Below, one piece after another: positions 11,401 to 21,312 of a DNA stretch of 64,000 nt. Below the pieces are notes generated by a model that searched no databases, was not told where the DNA came from, and worked only from the letters and a program-made list of their open reading frames with translations. Where the stretch lies: positions 17,884-81,883 of the forward strand of contig CANGPW010000001.1 in the NCBI GenBank assembly GCA_947456185.1. Direction: 5' to 3'. Source of the DNA: Bacteroidota bacterium. Lineage in GTDB: Bacteria; Bacteroidota; Bacteroidia; UKL13-3. A program made the position numbers and the translations under genes. Numbering within the stretch: position 1 is the stretch's first letter; the number at the start of each line of letters is the position of its first letter.

Positions 11401-14400
11401 GCAAGAAGTTATTTCTTTGCAAATAATTTCATTTCAAATATTCTTTCTATTGGTTCAGGTACAGGTTCTCCAACGAGTTTATTAAATCCAACAGGTATTT
11501 TAATAGATGGTACAACTGCAAATACTTATACAGCTGCAGATATAGTTACAATGTCTAACAATACCATTAACATGAATGGTAATAATATTTTATCAGCAAA
11601 TAGTTCAATTTCAGCCTTGTTTTTAGGTTCTTCAATTAGAGGAGGTATATCAAGTGTAAATAATATATTTGGTGTAACAGCAAATAGAACTACAGCAGGT
11701 ACGAAATATTCTGTTATTGCAGTTTCGCCTACTAGTCCATTTGCTTTAAATCCAGTATTTTCAATTCCAGCTTCAGACTTCAATTCATACTTCGTTGCTG
11801 GAACTAACCCAACTGCAACTAATAATATATTGATGGCAACTCCATCAACTACTGTTCCAACTAGAATGAACATTAATACTTTACGTCAGTATACAGGAAC
11901 TACTGCAGATTTAAGTTCATTTAACTTTCCAACTAAATTTTTATCTGATACTTTACCAAATTTAGATGCGGTAACTGCTGGTTCTAGATATACTGCAGGT
12001 GCTTCAGTTTCATTAGTACTTATTGATATTTATGGTGCTACTAGATCACTAGGACCTCAAATGGGTGCTGTAAAATTGAATTTAATAAACACTCCTTTAC
12101 AACCTAATGCTACTTATCAAATTAATGGGGTAGATAATTATCCTGTTTTAGCTAGTGCAAGCACCGGATCATTTAAAACATTGCGTTCAGCAGTTAATTA
12201 TTTAAATGCATTTGGAGTTGGTTTAGCATTTTCAGGTTCTAATCCTGTTCGTTTAGCCTTTAGTAGTGGATATGTTGGTGAAACTGATACTTTTGTTACT
12301 CCAATTACTGTTTTTGATTATCCTTCTGCTACTTCTACTGTTCCAGTTATAGTAACTGTTGCTGCTGGTCGTCAAGACACCATTAAATTTACAAACGTAA
12401 TAACTGCTCCAGCTGATAACTCTAGTTTAATTAGATTTACTAGTGCTAGTTATTTTGGCTTTGATGGTTCTAATAATGGAACTAATACAAGAGATTTAAC
12501 CATTGTAATGCCAAGCAATATGACTTCATCTACTTATAAAATAATTGATATTTTAGGTGGACAAAGTTCAATTTTTGCTACTAGTCTTTCTACTTCAAAT
12601 AATTTTGTAAATAATTGTAATTTGATTGGAAACTCTACAACAACTGCTATCAATACTTTTGCTGCTATTTACATGGGTGGAATTACTGCTACTCCTTCTA
12701 ATGGTGCTGGCTTAGGTGGAAATAACAATAATTTATTCTCAAATAACTTTATTGGTGGATGTCAATATGGTATTTACTTAAGAGGAAATGGTGTAAGAGG
12801 GCAAGGAGATGTTACTACTTCAATTTTAAACAATGTGATTGGTGGTATTAATGCTCCTGGTGGAACACTAAAGACAAATTATTTTGGTGGAATTAATAAT
12901 GCTGCTGGAATTTTTTGTGTTGGTCAATACAGGGCAAACATTAATCAAAATAAGATTCAAAACAACATGAATACTTTTTCAAACCCTAGAGGAATTGAAT
13001 TAGGAACCATTGCTGGTGTTGGTTCGAATACTATTTTAGATTCTGCCAACATAATTGATGGAAATATTATTAATAATATAAGTTCAACAATTACTGGAAG
13101 TGCTGCTTATGGTATTTATATGAATTTTGGAGCGGATGCTGGTAATGTCACAAATAGCACTAGAATTTCTAATAACATGATTTCTAAAATTTCTGCTACT
13201 GGTTCTGCTACATTAATGAGTGGTGTTTATGGAATTGCAATTGATGCAAATCCAACAAATCCTTACGCTGATCCAAATATTGGAATTTATTATAACTCTA
13301 TTAATTTAGGAGCTGCAAATACTGTTACTGCAGGCAGAACAGCTTGTTTAGCTATTTCTGATAAATTTGCTTTAAATGCAACTTCATTATTATTGAAATA
13401 TGGATTTAAAATGTCAAATAATTTATTCTCAAATAAATTAGGTGGAACATCTATGTTAGCTGGTGTTAGAGCGAGTGCAGTTCAAGTTGGAAGTTTATTA
13501 AGTGCTTTTTCTTTATCTGAAAATAACAATTACTATTGTAACGCAGCTTTTGCTTCGAATAATCAATTAACAACTAATGCAATTGGTACTCAAAATGTAT
13601 TTAATGGTTGGGATAGTATTAATAAATTTACTTTAGGTGATTTATATAGTACTAACTTCATTGTTCCTTTTACAAGTGATTCAAATTTATTCATTCCGGA
13701 TTTAACAAATTCTGTAATCTATCGTGCTGGTACTCCAGTAACTGGTGTAACTACCGATGTTGTTTCAACAACTAGAAATGGTTTAAGTCCAACAATGGGT
13801 GCTCATGAATACATTGGAGGTAATAATATTGACAGTGTATTACCTCGTATCATTCCTGCTAATGCTGTAGTTTGTTTAAGTGCTACTTTCCCTTCAATTA
13901 GTTTTGTTGTTGTAGATAAAAATTACACAGGTGATGTATTAACTTATAGAGTAAACGGTGGTACTCAATTTGATTTACCTAGTTCAGCTACATCATCAAG
14001 TACTAATAGCAATGGTTTCTTGGTTAGAACTTATAATTTCCCTGCTTCTGCTTTTGCTTCAGGTGCAATTATTGAGTATAAAATTACAGCTTCAGATATT
14101 GCTGGTAATAACGGACTTTATCCAAATCCTGCTGTAAAAGCTTGGGATACTTTATCTACCGGTATTGCTAAATATCCTTATACCATGAATTTTGAAAATG
14201 GATTAAAAGGGTGGTCAACTCAAACTTTAACTCAAGGTGCAAATTGGAACCCTGAGGCATTTGGTTCATCTATTAATCCTTCTCAACCTGTAGAAAATGG
14301 TATTAAGTGTGCTGTTTTCCCTGCTGCTACATTAGCAGCTGGTGCTTCAGCTAGGTTAATCTCTCCTTGTTTTAACTTAAGTGTTTTACAAAGACCAATT

Positions 14401-17232
14401 TTGCGTTTCCGGTTTTCTCAAAGTAATAATAATGTTACAAAAAGAGATTCAGTGAATGTATCCATTTTAATCAATGGTTTCCAAGGTCCTGTAATTAAAG
14501 TTGCAGTTAGACCCAATTCTCTTTCTGCATATCCAGATTGGTTTACTTATGAAGCTTGTTTAACTGAATACAGAACTCCAGGAAACAACTATAGTTTCCA
14601 ATTTGATGCATTTAGTGCAGGTTCTGGAAATAATATTTTAATTGATAGTATTCAGATTATAGACGATAAGCAAAATCAAGTTCCAAATGGTGTAATTCAA
14701 GCTATTTGTAATTTAAACCAACCTGTAACAATTACTATTCCTAATACTGATAACCGATACGTATACAGAGCTTTTGAAGTAGATGCTTTTGGTAACGGGG
14801 TAAGAACATTAGACTCAGCTACCGGTAATTTGGGAGCTTTAACTTTAAAATTCATTAATCGTCAAGTTGATACTTTAAATTATATTATTTCTGCTATTAA
14901 TTATGGTTCTGGAACTTATCAAGCTCCATCATCTGTGTTACAACCAAATTATTGTAGTAATAATTTACCTGGTACATTTAGCACAGTTATCAATCGTTTC
15001 TCTCGCCCAATTGTAGCAGCTGGTGGATATATTATACCTGATTTAACTCCAGGCGCATTTAATGGTGCTGCTAATTTAGGTGATCAATTTAAACCAGATG
15101 CTGTTAAATATAATAACAGTTTAAATTACGAAATCTTAACACCAAATAGTTTTTATACAAATGCTAGTTATGGAACAAATTGGACTTTATTAAATACTTC
15201 AGTTAAAACTGTTTGGGGTAATACTCCTGCAACAAATGTGGTAATAACTGCTCCAACAGCTTCATCAAATGCAAAAGTTACTTTTACTCCAACAATTGCT
15301 GAAGGCGATACGTTATTTGTTTTAAAAACTACAATTCGTTTCTTATCTACTAATTGTGATACAACTGTTTATCGCTATATCAAAGTAAACAACCCAATTT
15401 CATATGGTTTTGTTACAGGGCCAAGAACAGATACAGCTTGTACAGGTACTGGATTAAATTTCATAGTTAATCAAGGTCCTCAAGCAGGTGTAACTTGGTT
15501 ATGGACTTTTGGTGACCTTACAACTTCTACATTTGCAAATCCAAATAAAATTTGGAATACAGCAGGTTCTTACAGAGTTACATTAAGAGCTACTTCAGCA
15601 TTAGGATTATCTGATACTGTATCAAGATTAATAACTGTATTACAGGCTCCAAGTGCAGCATACACTGCTAGTTCTACTGCCATTATTTGTCAAAATGATT
15701 CAACATATTTTACAGTTACAAATCAAGCTGCTGGTTTAAATTATTTATGGACTTTCCCTGGTAATATTAATAGAACTACTCCACTTGCTACTTTTGGTTT
15801 TACCAAAGCAGATACTAACTATAGTATAACACTAAAAGTTACAAGTAGTTTAAATGGTTGTTTTGCTACTAGCAATAGAATTTTCCCTTCTTATGCTAAG
15901 CCTAAAGCTAATTTTTATGTAACTAGCCATTGTCAAGGTCAATACATGCCTTATACTGATAGTTCAACTATTTCAAATACTGATAGATTGGGTTGGTATT
16001 GGTCATTTAGTTCTGGTGAAACTCGTCAATCAAATAGTTTCCAAATTAAATTTGCAAACAGTGGAAATGTTACTGTTCGTTTACGTTTAGTTTCTGCTGC
16101 TGGTTGTGAAGATTCTACTTCGAGATTAGTAACTGTTTATGAAACTCCTAAACCTGATTTCTTATTTACTTCTGCTTGTACCAACGATTCAACTACATTT
16201 AATAATCAAAGTACTTATGGTGCTGGTATTCAAAATGCAGGTTATATTTGGGATTTAGGTGATAATAGCGGTATTGATTTACGCCAAGATCCTAAGCATC
16301 GTTACTTAAACAATAACAGCGGTGATCCATTTGTTGTTAAATTAGTAGCTTACAATAAATTATTTGGTTGTAAAGATTCGGTAACTAAAAATGTAATTGT
16401 TAAAACCGCACCAGTTGCTGTTGCTGAATTAAGTGGCACCATTAAAACAGGTGTAACAACTGATAAAGTTTGTCAAGGTAATTCAGTAACATTTACTAGC
16501 AAATCTTTCGCTTCTAGTGGTTCTGGTATTACTTGTGCATGGGTATTTGGTAATGGTCCAAGTAGCGGTGCATGTAATTCATCTAACATCTATCCTGATG
16601 CTGGTGTTTATACTTGGAGTATTTCAGCTACTTCTGATGGTTGTATTGATACAAAATCTGGTACTATTACTGTTGTTGCTAAACCAATCATTACATACAC
16701 TAAACAATCGTTCGCTATACCAGGTAAGTTTACGGTGAATAACCGTAAAGTATTAACACCTTCTGATTTATCATCTGACATGAACCAATATTTATGGAAT
16801 TATGGCGATGCTGATAGTACTACTACTTCGCAACGTATTGCTGATTTTACTTATAATAAAAGTGGTACATTCAAAGTTAGAATGCAAGTTACAACTGCCG
16901 AAGGTTGTGTAGTTAATTACCAAGATACAGTTGTAGTTAATGTAAGTGTTAGTGCAGGTGAAGAATTAGCTAGTAAGTTTAACTTATCTGCTTATCCTAA
17001 TCCTTTTGCTAATAACACAGTAATAGGTTTAAGTTTAACAAAAACTGAAGACATTACAATTACAATTACAGATATATTAGGAAGAGTAATTTCTACTTCA
17101 TCTCATAAGAATGTAGCAAGCGGTAAACATGAATTTGAATTAACTTCAAATAACTTTACTGCTGCTGGTACTTATATTATAAAAGTTCAAATTGGTGACG
17201 AAATGATTGTTAAATCATTAGTTAAACAATAA
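8467..17232 (+). CDS. Giant secreted T9SS cargo protein (2921 aa): right-handed parallel beta-helix repeats, MAM/jelly-roll-like region, multiple PKD domains, type-A Por C-terminal sorting domain
   Basis: Signal peptide; recurrent NN(I/L)I.GN / ISGNIIRNTLP beta-helix motifs through about 1700 aa; PKD signatures (WTFGD...NP...Y..AGSY.V.L.A.S) repeated at least 6 times; C-terminus YPNPFANNTVIGLSL...GTYIIKVQIGDEMIVKSLVKQ. Confidence 0.8.
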   Translation: MKSNLTNFYAKLSLYLVVFIGLTASSAFAQGFAGGKTYVVNGQADLVAPVDTFANLSGAGNTGAITYLNTNGIDVTQATGLVTILLASGYSGVEPTAIQVGQTNGSGYPNMSSTRPIVLKPAAGLNFVISSTAIIAANGSLFRVFGSTDFTIDGSGTSGQRNITFNMATSNATTAKVIDFIPASANRLRNVGIKNCIIVGNSVGTTINTYAGIYFGGISSNTAPALLGTNYNISYVNNLIMAVQNGISHRGFATITTLFPSQDTGVNIINNIIGNYNNPINAANSACIGGTTSNLAGIYLNTVANSTISGNIIRNTLPLSVSSVNANFSGIRLDGTGGIALDSNIRVVKNQIYGIYSNATSQGVSGIRVSLGATTSPRNILIANNSIAKIASISGGSLYTTMGNYTAGILIDVATANVGLEVLFNSVNLTGDTIASNSISACFVTSSTTLGGITMMNNSYVNKLSRTIGDGTTTFGNIAGYQNYAVIVAGNNANPFTFSNFNNYFANTFGGGYAFVAGLNRNNLLTNVSTLKSYVTFCPSDTNSFAIIPPSTSDTLWSVASGFSHRTYNRGYALATLDQFSFAVYNALKNKISDDIFGNSRTGLGRFTSIGCHQWLGDSIDIPTALRGGITYNIDGFSSPPLATTPNTGSFKDIAEAITYLNSYGIIGNQNNVTLRIFAGYARETGWIPAIIDYPGSDPSLNVIIRPNVGVVDTIWAPNAPNMGNTSVLRFMGAKNVIVDGLTSSSPNVRNLTFMFRGQSVTNNARVIGIVPTDVPCQNITIKNVNIIGNTSTTAINTHSGIYYGYPLTNTIPAGNDTLRTIANSNISISNNLIQGVRNGIVVLGSAANPAGSAPDFKGTASGTPSFRIANLKITGNIIGGNTSPNGSLPTTFIGGAANQAGIYVQGIEATLIDSNIIRNTLPATALSNGFRGIEVNEASTLYPNFDVTVTKNFIYNLVTVSGQSAIGIRTYFNAPNGARSYFFANNFISNILSIGSGTGSPTSLLNPTGILIDGTTANTYTAADIVTMSNNTINMNGNNILSANSSISALFLGSSIRGGISSVNNIFGVTANRTTAGTKYSVIAVSPTSPFALNPVFSIPASDFNSYFVAGTNPTATNNILMATPSTTVPTRMNINTLRQYTGTTADLSSFNFPTKFLSDTLPNLDAVTAGSRYTAGASVSLVLIDIYGATRSLGPQMGAVKLNLINTPLQPNATYQINGVDNYPVLASASTGSFKTLRSAVNYLNAFGVGLAFSGSNPVRLAFSSGYVGETDTFVTPITVFDYPSATSTVPVIVTVAAGRQDTIKFTNVITAPADNSSLIRFTSASYFGFDGSNNGTNTRDLTIVMPSNMTSSTYKIIDILGGQSSIFATSLSTSNNFVNNCNLIGNSTTTAINTFAAIYMGGITATPSNGAGLGGNNNNLFSNNFIGGCQYGIYLRGNGVRGQGDVTTSILNNVIGGINAPGGTLKTNYFGGINNAAGIFCVGQYRANINQNKIQNNMNTFSNPRGIELGTIAGVGSNTILDSANIIDGNIINNISSTITGSAAYGIYMNFGADAGNVTNSTRISNNMISKISATGSATLMSGVYGIAIDANPTNPYADPNIGIYYNSINLGAANTVTAGRTACLAISDKFALNATSLLLKYGFKMSNNLFSNKLGGTSMLAGVRASAVQVGSLLSAFSLSENNNYYCNAAFASNNQLTTNAIGTQNVFNGWDSINKFTLGDLYSTNFIVPFTSDSNLFIPDLTNSVIYRAGTPVTGVTTDVVSTTRNGLSPTMGAHEYIGGNNIDSVLPRIIPANAVVCLSATFPSISFVVVDKNYTGDVLTYRVNGGTQFDLPSSATSSSTNSNGFLVRTYNFPASAFASGAIIEYKITASDIAGNNGLYPNPAVKAWDTLSTGIAKYPYTMNFENGLKGWSTQTLTQGANWNPEAFGSSINPSQPVENGIKCAVFPAATLAAGASARLISPCFNLSVLQRPILRFRFSQSNNNVTKRDSVNVSILINGFQGPVIKVAVRPNSLSAYPDWFTYEACLTEYRTPGNNYSFQFDAFSAGSGNNILIDSIQIIDDKQNQVPNGVIQAICNLNQPVTITIPNTDNRYVYRAFEVDAFGNGVRTLDSATGNLGALTLKFINRQVDTLNYIISAINYGSGTYQAPSSVLQPNYCSNNLPGTFSTVINRFSRPIVAAGGYIIPDLTPGAFNGAANLGDQFKPDAVKYNNSLNYEILTPNSFYTNASYGTNWTLLNTSVKTVWGNTPATNVVITAPTASSNAKVTFTPTIAEGDTLFVLKTTIRFLSTNCDTTVYRYIKVNNPISYGFVTGPRTDTACTGTGLNFIVNQGPQAGVTWLWTFGDLTTSTFANPNKIWNTAGSYRVTLRATSALGLSDTVSRLITVLQAPSAAYTASSTAIICQNDSTYFTVTNQAAGLNYLWTFPGNINRTTPLATFGFTKADTNYSITLKVTSSLNGCFATSNRIFPSYAKPKANFYVTSHCQGQYMPYTDSSTISNTDRLGWYWSFSSGETRQSNSFQIKFANSGNVTVRLRLVSAAGCEDSTSRLVTVYETPKPDFLFTSACTNDSTTFNNQSTYGAGIQNAGYIWDLGDNSGIDLRQDPKHRYLNNNSGDPFVVKLVAYNKLFGCKDSVTKNVIVKTAPVAVAELSGTIKTGVTTDKVCQGNSVTFTSKSFASSGSGITCAWVFGNGPSSGACNSSNIYPDAGVYTWSISATSDGCIDTKSGTITVVAKPIITYTKQSFAIPGKFTVNNRKVLTPSDLSSDMNQYLWNYGDADSTTTSQRIADFTYNKSGTFKVRMQVTTAEGCVVNYQDTVVVNVSVSAGEELASKFNLSAYPNPFANNTVIGLSLTKTEDITITITDILGRVISTSSHKNVASGKHEFELTSNNFTAAGTYIIKVQIGDEMIVKSLVKQ

Positions 17233-17255
17233 TTTAATTAAACAATTAAATAAAC

Positions 17256-17295
17256 AAACCCCAAAAGACGAAAGTCTTTTGGGGTTTGTTTATTT
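17256..17295 (+). terminator. Rho-independent terminator of the giant gene
   Basis: Perfect 14-bp stem aaaccccaaaagac / gtcttttggggttt with gaaa loop, followed by gtttattt. Confidence 0.75.
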
Positions 17296-17317
17296 AAAAA
17301 AGGAATGTATTTAAGCA

Positions 17318-18043
17318 ATGAGGTATATTATTGAATTGGCCTATAATGGCAGTAATTTTCACGGATGGCAAAAGCAATTAAACGCTAGAACCGTTCAACA
17401 AGAATTAGAAGAAAAATTATTTACTTTACTTAAAAATCCAATTGAAACCCTTGGTTGTGGAAGAACCGATACAGGTGTTCATGCCAAACAGTTTTTTGCC
17501 CATTTTGACTTTCCTGAATTATTAGATACTCCTAATTTAGTTTATAAATTAAATAGAATTTCATCAAAAGATGTAGCAATTAAAAACATCATGCCTATTC
17601 ACGATAACTTTAACGCTCGCTTTGATGCTAAATGTCGTGAATATGAATATATAATTGCTACTCAACCAAATCCTTTTCTTAATGAATTTTCTTGGTACAA
17701 TCCAACTTCTTTAGACATTGATCTAATGAACCAAGCATGTCAATTACTTTTAACCCATACCAATTTTGAATGTTTCAGTAAAGTACATACGCAAGTAAAT
17801 AATTTTAATTGTAACTTGATGGAAGCTTACTGGAAACAAGAGGGTGAATTATTAGTTTTTACCATTAAAGCCAATCGATTTCTTAGGAACATGGTTAGAG
17901 CCATTGTAGGAACCTTAATTCAAGTTGGCTTACAAAATATTGATTTGACCTATTTAGAGCAGATTATAGCCAGTAAGAATCGTTCTGAAGCAGGAATGTC
18001 TGTTCCCGCTCATGGTTTGTTTTTAACTAAAGTAGTTTATTAG
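17318..18043 (+). CDS. truA: tRNA pseudouridine(38-40) synthase TruA
   Basis: GWQKQ...RTVQ..LE, GCGRTDTGVHA catalytic Asp motif, 241 aa. Confidence 0.85.
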   Translation: MRYIIELAYNGSNFHGWQKQLNARTVQQELEEKLFTLLKNPIETLGCGRTDTGVHAKQFFAHFDFPELLDTPNLVYKLNRISSKDVAIKNIMPIHDNFNARFDAKCREYEYIIATQPNPFLNEFSWYNPTSLDIDLMNQACQLLLTHTNFECFSKVHTQVNNFNCNLMEAYWKQEGELLVFTIKANRFLRNMVRAIVGTLIQVGLQNIDLTYLEQIIASKNRSEAGMSVPAHGLFLTKVVY

Positions 18044-18536
18044 TTTTAAATTTATTTTTAGAATCAATACATCGTATTTATTTAAATCTTAACTACATAG
18101 ACTATTAAAAATTTAAAATTATTAACATTTATAATTTTAATTTCACGATTTTCCTTTTTCCTTTTAAAACTTCCTTTTTCCATTTTAAATGATCTTCATT
18201 TAATTGGGTAAACCCTATTAATTACTCCTAAATATCTTTCAAATTTTATTTAATCATTTTCATTATAAATAATTAAATAAATGATAATTAGCCCCTTAAA
18301 TTTTTAATATAAGCTCTTTTTTTTGATTAAAATTAAAATTTAGTGTACAAGTTAATTGATTTACAAGTTTTTTACTTACCAAAAAAAATAGATTTGTGTT
18401 AACAAAATAATATTAATCATTTAATAATAAAATATTTTTATTTCAAAAAAAATCAAAGAGTAGTCCAGAGAACTCTTTAAAAACGGGGCGATATCTGAAA
18501 AGCCATAAGAGTAAGAAAACTTAAAAACAACAAACC

Positions 18537-19355
18537 ATGAAACAAATTTTTAATCAAATTCTTGATTTCCCCCAAATGGTGAATCAAAAAGTATTAAACG
18601 CAAAATTGAATTCAACAATTGATTCTTTTGATTCTCAAGATGGAATTCGCAGTTATGTTAAATTAATTTATCAGGTTGCAGCTTTAGTTGTATTTCTAAC
18701 AATGGAATGGGGGGTGTTAAATGCAGCTTTAGCACATTTGGGAAATCCCGTAGTTACCATTATTGGTAAAATTGGAAGTGTAGTTACATTGATCTTAATG
18801 GCTTATTCTGCATTTCCAATTGCACACATTATTAAATCAAAGGGAGAAACTCTTGGTGGTTCACATAAGGGTATGATTGAGTTTATTTTTAAAGATTTTG
18901 TGACTACTAACATTAGAATTTTTGGCGAAGTAATGGCAGTTCTTGGGATTATTTATTCAGTAAATTTATCATTATGTTTTTTATTAGACGCTGATTTACT
19001 TTTATCTTCTTCAAGCAATCCTTCATTAGAAATTTTAGGAAGTTTATATGCTTTTCCAATTAATACTTTATCTAATATTTTAGTTTCGTTAAGACTTGAC
19101 GTAATTGCTAATGCTTTGCAATCATTTACAGCATTTAAATTAACCGCAACCCAATCTTTTGGCAATGATTTTATTTGGTATGCATCAGATATTATCATTG
19201 TTGCAAGTTCATTTGTGAATGTAATTGCAGGTTTAGCTGTATTATATGTTAGTCTTTCTATATATAATTACATGTACTCACTTGTAGCTACTCTAACTAA
19301 CTTTATTCCTAAATTAGCTTTCCCTTTATCTATTAGAAATAGAAACGAAAATTAA
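18537..19355 (+). CDS. Hypothetical polytopic membrane protein
   Basis: 272 aa with about 6 hydrophobic helices; preceded by a 490-bp AT-rich leader; no recognisable family. Confidence 0.45.
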   Translation: MKQIFNQILDFPQMVNQKVLNAKLNSTIDSFDSQDGIRSYVKLIYQVAALVVFLTMEWGVLNAALAHLGNPVVTIIGKIGSVVTLILMAYSAFPIAHIIKSKGETLGGSHKGMIEFIFKDFVTTNIRIFGEVMAVLGIIYSVNLSLCFLLDADLLLSSSSNPSLEILGSLYAFPINTLSNILVSLRLDVIANALQSFTAFKLTATQSFGNDFIWYASDIIIVASSFVNVIAGLAVLYVSLSIYNYMYSLVATLTNFIPKLAFPLSIRNRNEN

Positions 19356-19378
19356 TTTCCTAAATACTATAAACTAAA

Positions 19379-19412
19379 AAAGCCTCATTCTAAATCAGAA
19401 TGAGGCTTTTTT
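19379..19412. terminator. Bidirectional rho-independent terminator between convergent genes
   Basis: agcctcattc-taaatcag-aatgaggct hairpin flanked by aaaaa / tttttt and a further palindromic ctataaactaaaaaa ... ttttttagtttatag. Confidence 0.7.
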
Positions 19413-19424
19413 AGTTTATAGTAT

Positions 19425-20741
19425 TTAAATAGCTGCTTTTTTAGCTGCTACTGTAGCTTTTAACCATTCGTAAGTTACCGATTTTGGTCTTTCTAAAGGT
19501 AATCCTAAAGCTCTATCCCATAGTAATGAAGCCATTACTCCTAAGGCCCTACTTACTCCAAATAAAACTGTGTAGAATTCGTATTCTGTAAAGCCATAAT
19601 GTAATAATAATGCACCTGAATGTGCGTCTACATTTGGCCAAGGATTTTTGATTTTACCTGTATTTTCTAATATTGGAGGTGCCACTTTATATATTTTCCA
19701 AACAATATTTACTAATTTATCATCAGGCATATATGTTTTAGCAAATTCTTGTTGTGCAGTAAATCTTGGATCAGTTTTACGCAATACTGCATGTCCGTAT
19801 CCTGGAACAACTTTTCCGTTTGTTAATGTTTGTTGAATATAAGAAGCTATTTGTTCTTCATTTGGATCTTCTCCAATTTCTTCTTGCATATCTTTGATCC
19901 AACGAACTACTTCTTGGTTTGCTAATCCGTGTAATGGACCAGCAAGTCCGTTCATAGAAGCTGCAAAGCTTAAATATGGATCGGCTAATGTAGAACCCAC
20001 CAAATGAGTAGTATGAGCCGAAACATTTCCACCTTCGTGGTCAGCATGAATGACTAAATACAAACGCATTAATTTGTAAAACTCATTTTGATCATAACCT
20101 AACATGTGAGCAAAATTTGCTGCCCAATCTAATTTTGGATCTGAAGCAATATGTTCACCGTTTTTATAAGTTCTTCTGTAAATATATGCTGCTACTATTG
20201 GAATACGAGCTAATAAAGTACAAACGTCTTCATAAGTAAAATCCCAATAATCTTTTTTATTGATTCCTTCTTTATATGCTTTTGCAAAAACAGAATCTGT
20301 TTGTAACGCATTAATTGCTATTGCAAACTGAGTCATAGGATGTGTTGTTATTGGCATTGCATCTAGCGCAGCAAATACGTGTGCAGGAACATTTGCTCTT
20401 GCTGCCCAATTTGCTTGAATAGCTAATACATCTTCGTAAGTTGGTAATTCACCAATAAGCATTAAATAAAATAATCCTTCAGGAAGTGGTTCTGTTCCGC
20501 CTGGAACTTTTGGTAATAATTCTCTTAATTCTGGAATGGTATAACCTCTAAAACGTATTCCTTCATTTGAATCTAATAAAGAAGTTTCTGTTAATAATCC
20601 AATGATACCTTTTTGTCCATGATAAACATCTTCAACGGTACAATTTGCTAATATAACGTCACCGTTTTCTTTTACAAAGTTTCTAATTTCTACTGCTAAG
20701 GGTAATGCTTTTTCAGCAAATTTTGTCTTTAAATTACTCAT
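19425..20741 (-). CDS. gltA: Citrate synthase
   Basis: [47 protein letters not shown] and other type-II citrate synthase signatures; 438 aa. Confidence 0.9.
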   Translation of the reverse strand: MSNLKTKFAEKALPLAVEIRNFVKENGDVILANCTVEDVYHGQKGIIGLLTETSLLDSNEGIRFRGYTIPELRELLPKVPGGTEPLPEGLFYLMLIGELPTYEDVLAIQANWAARANVPAHVFAALDAMPITTHPMTQFAIAINALQTDSVFAKAYKEGINKKDYWDFTYEDVCTLLARIPIVAAYIYRRTYKNGEHIASDPKLDWAANFAHMLGYDQNEFYKLMRLYLVIHADHEGGNVSAHTTHLVGSTLADPYLSFAASMNGLAGPLHGLANQEVVRWIKDMQEEIGEDPNEEQIASYIQQTLTNGKVVPGYGHAVLRKTDPRFTAQQEFAKTYMPDDKLVNIVWKIYKVAPPILENTGKIKNPWPNVDAHSGALLLHYGFTEYEFYTVLFGVSRALGVMASLLWDRALGLPLERPKSVTYEWLKATVAAKKAAI

Positions 20742-20789
20742 TTTATATTGTAGTATAAACTGCTTTGCAGTTGTTTTTTTTAACTGTTC

Positions 20790-20820
20790 AAAATTAGTTA
20801 TTGTTTTGATTGATGCAAAA
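20790..20820 (-). promoter_or_regulatory. Putative Bacteroidota sigma-A promoter of gltA (-33 TTTG, 19-nt spacer, -7 TAatTTTG)
   Basis: On the minus strand: tttg-catcaatcaaaacaataac-taattttg, about 48 nt upstream of the ATG. Confidence 0.45.
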
Positions 20821-20863
20821 AAACTAATCGAATATTTCTGTTTTGTGACGAGGATTATAAAAT

Positions 20864-21277
20864 TTACTGTGTAGCACCATGATTGCCCTCGGTAATTACA
20901 GTACCTTCAGTATCTATAATTTCAAGCTTACCATTCAATCTTACTACCGCTCTGCCGTTTTTAAAAGGACCAATAAAACTAAATTTACATTCAATTACTT
21001 CCTCTCCTTCTTCATTGATAAAACCGTATTTTGCTTCTCTAAGTACTTTTGCTCTGCCACCTTCAAAAGGAAAAATTTCTTCGTATTTGCATGGTATAAA
21101 TTCTTCACCTTCCATGTTTATAAACCCAAGTTTTCCGTTTTTTAAAACTTTTGCCTTACCTTTAATAAATGGATAAATGGCATCGTAACCTTTAGCAATG
21201 GCATTTTTTCTGGTTTGCGCTTCACTATAAGTATATGCTAAGGAGAATATGGTAATTAAAAGAATTATTTTTTTCAT
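20864..21277 (-). CDS. WG-repeat (KWG-type) secreted protein
   Basis: Signal peptide [21 protein letters not shown]; repeated ...[21 protein letters not shown] / [18 protein letters not shown] / [15 protein letters not shown] units. Confidence 0.55.
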   Translation of the reverse strand: MKKIILLITIFSLAYTYSEAQTRKNAIAKGYDAIYPFIKGKAKVLKNGKLGFINMEGEEFIPCKYEEIFPFEGGRAKVLREAKYGFINEEGEEVIECKFSFIGPFKNGRAVVRLNGKLEIIDTEGTVITEGNHGATQ

Positions 21278-21312
21278 AAAGGAGGGCGAATATGCTAAAT
21301 AGTTTTTTAAAA

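Noticed and set aside
8760-16738. Internal ORFs within the giant gene (8760..8966 -, 9678..9884 -, 11526..11873 -, 16517..16738 +)
   Set aside because: They lie entirely within, or antisense to, an 8.8-kb ORF that has continuous domain structure. They are artefacts of the long repetitive coding sequence.
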